Positions 53,686 to 64,000 of a stretch of DNA of 64,000 nt are shown here, in pieces; position 1 is the stretch's first letter, and each line of letters starts with the position of its first letter. The stretch covers positions 140,306,001 through 140,370,000 of the forward strand of contig OX597817.1 of NCBI GenBank assembly GCA_951406725.2, given 5' to 3'. The stretch comes from Octopus vulgaris (lineage: Eukaryota). Below the pieces are notes generated by a model. That model was not told the origin of the DNA and ran no database searches. It was given only the letters and a program-made list of their open reading frames with translations. A program made the position numbers and the translations under genes.

Positions 53686-54892
53686 CCCTTCGGCAGCATC
53701 TTTTAACCACCAAGTGTCGACGTGCATCCCTTGACCAAGCTTGCATGCATGAGGCTGATAACATCATAAGACTTGGACGGCAGCTCCTTGAGCAACACTC
53801 TTTGTAGCCTAGAATACATACTTACTTACTTACTTGTACTTGTGGCGACATTCACCCTGGGCGGGTTGAGTCGGCTTCTTCTACCACCCTCGAGGCATCT
53901 CGAACCATGGCAGCCCACGCACGACGGTCCTGCGCCAGTTCATTGGAGATAGCGAGCCAGTCACGGTTCCATCGGCACAGGCCGACCACCTGCGAACCCG
54001 TGAGCACGGAGAGGTCCTCCTTGATCGTCGTAGCCCAGGTCTTGAGCTGCCCGCCAGCGCTTTTCCGCTAGTTGGGAAGTGGAGTTGGGAGAAGGACATC
54101 ACGGCTCAGTTCGCCCACCGGACGCCTACATGCATGGCCAAACCACCGCAAGCGCCGTTGCAGAAGGACAGATGGAAGGGGCCGTAGAGATAGGCGAAGT
54201 CGGAGATTGGCGGTGGGGACACGATCCACCCGACGGCAACGAAGAATGCACCGGAGGCAGTCATTGTCGAAGTCTTCCAGCCTTCGTTGAATACAAGGCC
54301 AAAGAAGTAGCACGACTCTACCGCAACGTATCACCAGATGAAAGGATGAGCCTATATGAGCAGAAGACTATGCATGGATATGTTAGTAGAAAGCTCCGAG
54401 ATGAAAGTAACATTGAACATCAAAGCAGTCTATCATGGATCGATAACTCGATTGCTACCTCCCACTTTGAAGGGTATGTGTTTGCAATCCAGGAACAGGC
54501 AATATCAACCAAATACCTGATGCACAAAAGGGACAGAAATGCACTAAGAGAAATAAAATGTGACAACCGATGCAGACTTTGTAGAGTTCACACTGAAGAT
54601 ATCACCCACATCATAAGTAGTTATCCGAAAATTTCATCACGGTGTTATCTACCCTGAGACATGAGGTTGTAACTGGGACATTCTATAATGAAATCTGTCG
54701 GAAGGACAACCCCGAGGAGAAAGAAATAAGAACCCACAGTATGGTAGAAGCCATAGCCACTCAAAATAAAAGGGAATACTGGTGGAATGTACTAGTGATG
54801 ACCTCAATAAAATGTAAGCACAACAGACCTGATATAGTGATTTGGGATAGAGAAGAGAAACTGTGTACAGTTGTGGAAATTAGCTGCCCAGC
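53684..54892 (+). mobile_element. R4/Dong LINE post-RT to RLE segment, inverted relative to its RT part and split by an RTE
   Basis: KTMHG, EGYVFAIQEQAIST, CRLC...E.I.HI.S zinc knuckle, RHEVV, RPDIVIWD..VVEISCP. Confidence 0.9.
53819..54287 (-). mobile_element. 5'-truncated RTE LINE nested in the R4/Dong element
   Basis: RRLEDFDNDCLRCIL...QRRLRWFGHACRR; (TAAG)n tail; TSD GAATACA on both sides. Confidence 0.9.
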
Positions 54893-56167
54893 TAATTTCA
54901 CTTTCCTTGATTTTGTCGTATTCTAAAATCCCCAGATGTTTATATCCATTAGTCTCAATATCTTTGATTTTCTCGCCGTTGGGTGCCTCTACACCATCAG
55001 ACGACACTACTTTGCCTCTTTGCATTAAAAGTATACCACACTTTTTAGTCCCAAATTCCATTCCGATATCCCCACTGAATATCTGCACTGTTGAAACCAG
55101 GCCATTTATTTCACGTTCGGTCTTACGCCAAATCTTTAAACCATCCATATATAACAGATGGTTTAATTTTCCTCCACTTTTCAAAGTCAACTCTGATGCC
55201 ACTTTCCGTAGTATCTGTATGAAGGGTAATCATACAAATCACAAACAGCAATTGCGATGGGCTGTCTCCTTGGAAAATACCCCTCTTGATGTTAAACCTC
55301 GCCAAAAATTTCCCACATGAAGTTAACTCTGTATTCCAGTTCTTTATGGATCCCTTGATAAAATTTGATATGTTATCAGAAACCTGTAGCAGCTCAAGAT
55401 TTTCTAAAATCCAGGAACGGGGGACCATGTCATACGCTTTCTAATAATCAATCCACGTCATGCCCAGATTAGTAACTCTTGCCATTCTGTCTATCAGAAG
55501 TTGGTCCCTTGTCCCTCGGTTTTTCCTTCTGCACCCTTTCTGTTCCACTGGCAGTCTGTCATTTATTACCAGGAAGTTATAGACATAAGTAGATATTATT
55601 CCTTTCATCAGCTTTCCCACCTGAGGCAGACAGGTGATAGGCCGGTAATTATCCCCTATATTACCTTTACTAAAATCCTTTTGGCAAAGAATTGTTTTAC
55701 CTGTGGTCAGCCACTTTGGGATTTGTACACCGTTGTTGATCATTTTATCCATTGGCATGGCTATTCTTCTGTGTAGTGTTGGGCAATTTTTCAACCAATA
55801 TCCTTGTGCTCCATCCGGCCCTGGGTATTTCCAGTTTGGTATCTTTGTTGTCTGTTCGGTTACCATTTCAACCGTTATTCTAATATTGCTCTGTTTCACT
55901 TCATACTTTTCCGATCTTAATTCATTCAACCATTTAGCGTCTTTGTTATGCTTTCTTCCATTATCCCAGATGTTACTTTAAAGCTCTCCACTTTCTTCAG
56001 TGTCTGATCTCTCATTGCTGTGTTAACCTTACCATTCAGCTGTTGATAAACCCTTTTCTAGTCTTGTTGGAACAATCTGCTGATTTTATATTGTTCAATT
56101 CTTTAGTCATATTTCTTGATCTTTGTCGCTTTAGCCTGTCATCTTTGTTTGAGCTCTTCAAGGACTA

Positions 56168-56169
<2 letters not shown>
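54893..56169 (-). mobile_element. R4/Dong LINE reverse transcriptase segment (pseudogene), 5' end abutting (TAA)n
   Basis: PGPDG..YWLK, NYRPITCL, EQKGC, DQLLID, WIDY.KAYDMVP, GIFQGDS, NHLLYMDGLK, DIGMEFG..KC, YKHLG. Confidence 0.93.
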
Positions 56170-56231
<62 letters not shown>

Positions 56232-56769
56232 GAGTGAGAGAGCAGTGCATGCCATCAAAGTAACACTGGGGTAAAATATACGAAGCCCAGTATACCCATC
56301 ATGACTACCCGTCTGATAAGGGTACACCAGGCACATGCATCACAACCATATGTGCGCAACATGGTGATCTCATATCAAGATAAACAGTGCATGATCTTGT
56401 AGGTGGGGCCCAGTTAGAATTTTCTTCTGGTCGAGGAGCTCATCCCGCTCAAAAGATCCCTGAATAAAGGTTGTTTAACGATGTTGAACGAACCACCCAA
56501 GTTTCCAAAGGTGAATTATCCAAACCTCTAAGAATTCTTTTTAACACATGGCTATGATGCTCCCCCACTATTTCTGCTGAGAATGAATATCGTCAGCCAC
56601 TAAGGGACATGGTTAATTGGTTAAGGTCAAACAACTGACAAGCAAATCTGTGGTATTGAGCAGAATATCTGCGGTAGCCCTTCTTTTATACCAAGACAAA
56701 ACAATGTACATGATAACACTTCGAATCAGTTAAGATCAGAAACCATGAGAACCACTGCCTGGTACTGCC
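56232..56769. mobile_element. ~540-bp non-coding insert bounded on both sides by (ATT)n
   Basis: Sharp boundaries within TAA tracts; no ORF; family not identified. Confidence 0.5.
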
Positions 56770-56824
<55 letters not shown>

Positions 56825-57933
56825 CATCATTATTATTATTATTAATCAAACACACTAATATATACATGAGTATATACAAAAACTTACATATGTGTGTGTG
56901 TGTGTGTGTGTGTGCGTGTGTGTGTGTGTGTGTGTGTGCGTTTAGAAATCAATGGCATTTAAGATTTTCAAAATATTTGTAAGTACAAGAAATAATAAAG
57001 ACAATGTTGAGATACGAACCCGGCTTCGATCACTTTCCAGTTGGTCCCATTACCGATTTCTCAGATAGGGATCAACTGAATTTCCAATGCTGCTACTGCT
57101 GCTGCTGATGATGATGATGACACACATCCCTCCCTCTATATACATGAGTACATCTTTTAAAATATAACTTCCTGTTTCATTTTTTTATATATTGAAATCT
57201 TCTTCGTCTTCTTCGTATTTCCCCGTTGATCCGTTATATTGTTGTTGTTGTTGTTGTTCTTGCTTAGTCCCAAACCAGCCCAAATCAAAATAGATTTATA
57301 ATAAGGAGTATTCCAGCCGTGACCATCCCGTCAGTTTGAATAGTAGGGATTAATATTGTTCACTGAATCCTTCTTTAGTTAAAGTTGGCAGGATGTGATT
57401 CGTTGTAGATTGTGGCTGTTATTTCTAGCACCGCGAAGGTTCACTTGAAGAAAGAACCTGAATGCGTTGAGGACTTCAAAAAAAAAAAAAACTGTTCAGA
57501 AATTATCTGGATTTGGTTTATAAAAATATTTTCTTGATAACATATTTACATTGTTGTTTTTTTTTCTTCAAATGATCTTAAATTGTCAAATAATATTTAT
57601 AGAAAAAAAAACAAAACAACTTATATTTCTATTTGTTTAATATCAATAATTATATTTTCAAAATAATATAATTACGTTTTCCGTATATTTAATATAATTT
57701 TCTTTAATATGGCTTCATTACATTCACCTCCAAGTATGTAAATATTCCTTGTATTTATTTAACGTGGTTTTCAGACAACTAAAGCTTCTCCGATTTAAAA
57801 CAACCACGGCTTTCAAACCTCCAAACGTCCCCGCCTTTTGTTCAACGCCTCCTCCTTTACATCTCACTTCCTTCTTTTAATGTTTCTGGTTTCAATTTGT
57901 TTTTCCTGTTGGTGATTATTCCCACACTTGTAA

Positions 57934-58272
57934 GGCGCATGGCTCAGTGGTTAGAGCGTCGAGCTTACGATCGTGAGGTTGTGAGCTCGAATCCCGGACC
58001 GGGCTGCGTGTTGTGTTCTTGAGCAAAGCACTTTATTTCACGTTGCTCCAGTTCACTCAGCTGTAGAAATGAGTTGCGACGTCACTGGTGCCAAGCTGTA
58101 TCGACCTTTGTCTTTCCCTTGGATAACACTAGTGGCGTGGAGAGGGGAGGCTGGTATGCATGGGCGACTGCTGGTCTTCCATAAACAACCTTGCCCGGAC
58201 TTGTGTCTAGGAGGGTAACATTCTAGGTGCAATCCCATGGTCATTCATGACCGAAGGGGGTCTTTACTCTTA
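57934..58272 (+). mobile_element. tRNA-derived SINE, family E
   Basis: A box tggctcagtgg, B box gctcgaatccc, central tgtgttcttgagcaaagcacttta...ttgctccagttcactcagctgta segment typical of CORE/V-type SINE bodies. Confidence 0.8.
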
Positions 58273-58812
58273 CGTTTGTTAATAAGCGCTGTTATCTTTC
58301 TTTTACTTGTTTCAATCATTAGACTACGGCCATGCTGGGGCACATCCTTGAAGAATTCTTAGTCGAATGAGTCACCCTCGGCATTTATATTATTATTTTG
58401 TGTTTAGCCTGGTATTTATTCTATTACTCTCTTTTGCAGAGACGTAAACATATTAACACCGGTTGTCAAGAGGTGGTGCGGACAAACACAGACACAAAGA
58501 CTCACACACACACACACATAATGCGTATATATAGGGAGAGTTTACGAAAAAAACAACAACAAAAGACGAAGACAGGCGGTGTACAAAACAAACAGATGTA
58601 TTAACGCTCAGGAATAGAAAAAATCTTTTAGGTTTCGAGCCTACGCTCTTCTACAGAAAGGGACACAGAAAAAAAATAAGGAGAGAAAAAATGTGTGTAG
58701 TGGCTAACGATCTATCATGGCGACTGATATATATGCGTATATATATATGATTGATTGATTCTAGTTTCAGCTCACGAGCTGTGGCCATGCTGGGGCACCG
58801 CCATTTGCTGGA

Positions 58813-58850
<38 letters not shown>

Positions 58851-59645
58851 CGCACCATCCGATCGTGGCCGTTTGCCAGCCTCGCCCGGCCTCCGTGCCG
58901 GTGGCACGTAAAAAGCACCATCCGACCGTGGCCGTTTGCCAGACTTGTCTGGCACCTGTGCAGGCGGCACGTAAAAAGCACCCACTACACTCATGGAGTG
59001 GTTGGCGTTAGGAAGGGCACCCAGCCGTAGAAACATTGCCAGATCAGACTGGGCCTGGTGCAGCCTTCTGGCTTCCCAGACCCCAGTTGCACTGTCCAAC
59101 CCATGCCAGCATGGAAAGCGGATGCTAAACAATGATGATGATGATATATATATGCATGTATGTATATAAAAGATAGTTCAGGAAGTTTGAAGGGTTAATA
59201 ATGAGGGTACTAAGGGAGGTGGTAGCAGAGGTGGAAAGTTGGGAGATGAATAGGAGGGTAGGGCAGATAGTAATTGGATGGTAGTCAGTTGTGTTGGGTT
59301 TGCCAAAGTTTGGGGATAATACCTATAGAATTATTGGAAGTCTCACCTTTTGCTTTCTCTCGTTTTGCATGTGTGCATATAAATGCATATTTTGGATTGT
59401 ATACCCAAACTATTATATTTCATGTATTTAATATATTGAATGTGTCTAATTTGTTTATCAGCACAACTGCCTCTATACCCGCTCAACTTTATTCCTCTCA
59501 TAGCCTTTCTTTATGCTGTGGAATCGATCCCCTGTAAAGTCATCGGAGTCTAAGTTGGAATCCTTTGAGCACTACTGTCTTCTATACGTAAGAAATCTCT
59601 GGATCTCATCTTTGGGCTATATACATACATACATATATATATACA

Positions 59646-59712
<67 letters not shown>

Positions 59713-60623
59713 CGGTTGTCCACACGAGACCGAGGAAGACTATCATGCACGGGCGTTGCTAGCAAAGTGCCAGCATCGCCCGTGCATGAGGCCATTGTAA
59801 ACGTTGTTGGTTTTAACCAGGTTCGCGGACGGCAACTTCCATACTCACCGTAGTCACCAAATGATGTTAACTTGAAACACTGTATATTTCTTCCCAAATC
59901 TGTCTCTGTCAAACTCTCAACTTTGACTAGTTTGAAATATTTTCAAGAGAAAGTTTACGATTCTGGTTGCGGACAAAGAAGACTGTGGGAACAAATTTAG
60001 CAATTTTTGGCAAAAAATGTTAGTGAAATATTTAAAATGTTTATAGTTGGCTAGATAGACAAATATAACAAAATAATTTGACAAAAAATGTGAATTTCTA
60101 ATTATTTTCTGAGATTTTACAAAAGCAACAAAAATGAGTCACCTCACCAGCTATTGCGGAACCTAAAAGTTTAGGTGTAGTAAGGTCCAATAACCCTTCA
60201 CAGACCCTCCCTACCTCATTAGCATGATCTAGAGACAAGCCATACCAATATATGCAACGCTAATATGACTCGCAGGCTCGGGAATGTGCGAGCAAAAATC
60301 GCAAGCGCAGGCAAAAGATCCTCAAAATGTTCGTCCCCATTCCTCGCATATCTAGTTTTATATCAGTGAGACACGGTTTAACAAAAATTAAGGGGTTCTT
60401 CTCTTCCAATGATCTTTTGGTATCCTGGACACAAACCCGGAATTTCCGAGGACCTGTGCTATTGCTGGACTGTCGTTGAACTCTACACTAGGTTCATCTG
60501 TCCTTTTGACGGCTCTTGTTTTTAGTCCTGTTGAGTCTCTAGCAACTCACCTCACCAGGCAAGCTTAGTAGGTTTCCATGTTACTAGGAGCACTCATGAG
60601 AGACCCTACAAGTGACCTGACTA

Positions 60624-60675
<52 letters not shown>

Positions 60676-61039
60676 TAGGGATGGTATTATTAAAATACCA
60701 TCACAAGTGGTAAGCGAATTATCAGCCGTACAGGCAAATTAATAAAATATATACATACAATATTAGATATGTACATATATACACAAGTGTACTACATGAG
60801 TACCTATATCGCTAATGATAGAAGTAAAAAAAATACTTCTGTACCACCGAATAGTCACAAATCCATCACAGACAAGATAGGAAAAAAATCAGTGAACAAT
60901 AATAATGTCTTACCTCAAATGGGTCAGAACAAGTAGATGCTGGTCAACCTAGTACCGGTATATATATATGTACAAGTTAAATTGACCTTTTGTTTTAGTG
61001 ACAACCTGTTCTTCTTTTACTTATCCTGATATCCTCCTC

Positions 61040-61975
61040 TTTTCTTCAACTAACTTGAATTCTTTACCTGCCCTTACCCCAATCCTTATAACTAAAGAAA
61101 TTTTCTTAGAGCAGTCAGTTGTATCCCAGGTTTTGGTCAGTTAGCATCTGAACTACACGACCTCATGTTCCTAAGATTCATATCTACATCTTTATCTGTA
61201 TATTTACCTTCCATAAGATGTTATTAATTAATTTGAAAACTTTATATTATTGGAAAACCTATATAAAATTTAGCTGAAGATTACTCATACGTCTCCTCAC
61301 ACAAAGACGTATGAGATGGCTTGGGCATGTTAGCCGTATGAAAGATGGCAGAATCCCCAAGGACATACTCTACGGAGAGCTTGCTAGGGGTACTAGGTCT
61401 GTGGGTAGACCGCTCTTACGTTACAAGGATGTTTGCAAAAGGGACATGAAGGCCTGCAACATCAATATTAGCGGTTGGGAGGCAGTTGGGAGACTGGCGA
61501 CGTACCGTAAGAGAGGGAATACATAGGAGTGACAGAGAGAGAGAGGAGAAATGGAAAGACAAGAAAAGACGTCAACAAGAAACTATGGCATTACAACCAG
61601 CCAGGAACAGTCTTCGCTACATTTGCGGTACCTGCCAGAGGGAGTGTTTGTCCAGGATAGGACTACACAGCCACAGCAGGAAATGTATCAGGACATGAAA
61701 TGTAAAAGCCGGACTAGCCTACTTTATGCGCAACTCCATTGTCTCCCGAGACAAAAAGGATGCCAACCAACCAACTCAGTATCTTAAATCTGCTGTAATA
61801 TTTACAGCTTTTAATAAAATGTTGTAGTATGAAACAATTGTACTAAATTACCGGATTCATTCTTGTTGCTTATTTTTTTATTATAATCATCCCGCATATT
61901 TTTATGGGTAACACCATACAAAATTCTGGTGCATCTAAATTAAGTACCATATTCATTTGAATCTAAATTATTGCT
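61040..61975 (+). mobile_element. PLE-type terminal repeat with hammerhead motif (copy C, 61270-61846) interrupted by an RTE
   Basis: Homologous to 17270-17563; TTAG CTGAAGA tTACT..[RTE]..AGTAt GAAAC AATT GTA CTAA. Confidence 0.7.
61288..61773 (+). mobile_element. 5'-truncated RTE (BovB-like) LINE
   Basis: RWLGHVSRMKDGRIPKDILYGEL..G.R..GRP..RYKD..KRD; C-terminal CxxC...SRIGL.SH.R.C; (CCAA)n tail; candidate TSD ACTCA. Confidence 0.92.
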
Positions 61976-61977
61976 GG

Positions 61978-62026
<49 letters not shown>

Positions 62027-63015
62027 AATTATGCATGTATGTATGTAATAATAAAACAAACGAAGGAGATAACGAATGCCAATATAGACATAAAATTAGT
62101 TCTCAAATCTCTTCCTACAAATCTCAACACTACAAAAAGAAATTGATAGAATAAAACAAAAGTTCGTCGATAATGGTTAAATCACACAAGTCAACAAAAT
62201 AACACAACAGAGGTTCATCACAATAAACTCACCGATGCATCGTAATCCGATTAAAAGCAATAAAAATCCACAAATAACACATAAGCCAATTGCATTCCGG
62301 CTCTGGAAGAGATGAACACACACACACAAACACACACACACGTGTGTATGTGCGTATAATTATATTTATATGTATATATAATCTCATTCAATATGCCACA
62401 ACATGTGTTACATAATAATCCTAATAGTTAAAATTAAAAGATTTTCCGCCTCAACAACAAACCAAAAAAAAAAAAGACAGTGAGATGCTGAATGAAGTTG
62501 AGTTGAAATAAGGCAATTAGATATTCAGGTGGAAACATGGTGGCTCTAATTTCATGAGTGGAAACAATGAGGTTGCTGCACATGGCAACTGACGATGCAT
62601 CGGCGTTAAGTCGTCATTGCACCCAGTTGCATGGCACACGACACAACGAAGCATTAGACATTATTAACTCAACGATCTTGTTAGAGAAAATAACCTCATT
62701 CAATCGATGGCAGCAAATTCTTAAAAGGACAAATGTTGAATCGTGTGGAAGTCCGGAAGTTTTCTTCCCGAGCACATGGTTTCAGGTTCAGTCCCACAGC
62801 GTAACACCTTGGGCAAGTGTTTTCCACTATAGCCCTTGGTCGTCCAAAGCCTTCTAAGTGAATTTAATAGACGGAAACTAAAAGAAGCCCGTTACATGTC
62901 TCTGTGTGTGTGTGTGTGTGTGCGTGCGTGTCGGTGCGCGTTTTGTGGTCTCCCCTCCCCACTCCGATGTTGTTTGCTTATGGACCCGTAACTTAACGGT
63001 TCAGCAAAAGGGATG

Positions 63016-63184
63016 GGCGATTCTTCGGTATAGGTACCGTAAGTGGCTTTGTTTACATTTCTGAAGATAACAGAAACCCTTTTCTCTCACCACTAACCCT
63101 AACCCTAACCCTAACCCTAAAAAAAAAAAAAAAACTTTCTTGAAATGTATCTGGTACTTCCGGTACCTATACCGAAGTTACGCC
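63016..63184. mobile_element. Merlin-like MITE (169 bp) with (CCCTAA)n, inserted in a family B SINE
   Basis: TIRs GGCG...CTTCGGTATAGGTACCG.AAGT; 8-bp TSD aagggatg/aagagatg; telomeric repeats at ~63094-63120. Confidence 0.8.
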
Positions 63185-64000
63185 AAGAGATGGTAGAATA
63201 TATACAAGGGTTTAAAAAAGTAAGTTCTGATACTGATTTTCTCGACTATATCCCTTCAAGGCAGTGCCCCAGCTTGGCCTCTGTCCAATGACTGAAAGAA
63301 GTAAAAGATAAACGGCGTCTGAAGATAAGAAGCGATCGTAACAGAAGGTAGACATCTTCGACCGATAGGTCTACTCGTCAGGGACTGACCTATGGCAGCA
63401 CAACACAATACAAGATTAGTCACCGAAGCTATTATTAATAGCGAAATATATATATAAAGAAAAAAAAAAACAAGAATCGATAGACAATGCAATCTTGATA
63501 GCAAAGCGACACCAGACACCACGGCCAAACTATTTCCTGATTGATGAAAGAAATCTGACACGGGCGGTCAGAGAATATTCTAAAAGTCTGGTGACAATCG
63601 ATAAAAAAAAAACAAGACACATCGCTACATATTCACTCTTTCTCTCTCTTTCTTTCTCTCAACAGCAGACAGTAGGTACAAATGCTGCTACTAATGAGCC
63701 GACTTCAACGAGAGAAAAATAGCAAAATGATCTTGAAATGGTGTTGGAAAAATTATTGTTCCAGAACATATTTCAAAAAGAAAACAACGTAAATTGGGTA
63801 TTAGTCAATAAAACAGGTTACAAAAAAAAAACAAAAACAACAACAACAGAAAACCTGCCCCACTCCCATCCTGAAGTATACACATATGCGAATATATTAC
63901 ACACACATACACACGCACAACATATACGCACACGCACGTATTTTCTGTTCGCTTGTTTTTATATATATTTGAAATAATCCTCTGTGTACGTGTGTGTGTG

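Noticed and set aside
63094-63120. Telomere or chromosome-fusion scar
   Set aside because: The short tract lies inside a TIR/TSD-bounded MITE

Overview
This is eukaryotic, AT-rich, repeat-saturated DNA. The SINE families and microsatellite load suggest an octopod cephalopod genome (inference). I found no intact host gene, rRNA, tRNA gene or CRISPR array, and most ORF-track entries are microsatellite read-throughs. The window is a mosaic of tRNA-derived SINEs, LINE remnants (CR1/L2-group, RTE, R4/Dong), Tc1 and mariner remnants, MITEs, a non-autonomous Helitron and many Penelope-like (PLE) remnants. Most notable: (1) a very young 827-bp TRIM-like miniature LTR element (12221-13047) with LTRs differing at one base, a tRNA-Leu PBS, PPT, 5-bp TSD and only the tail of a Gypsy integrase; (2) several PLE-type hammerhead motifs next to (TA)n tracts, including a three-copy family with a long stem-II loop and compensatory stem changes, one copy split by an RTE; (3) SINE multimers with an identical 184-bp repeat junction at two loci; (4) a mariner derivative with two 5' ends; (5) an inverted R4/Dong element carrying a nested RTE; (6) Merlin-like MITEs carrying TTAGGG tracts; (7) an apparently CpG-depleted central domain. 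All comparisons were made by eye; no searches were run, and boundaries of degraded elements are approximate.
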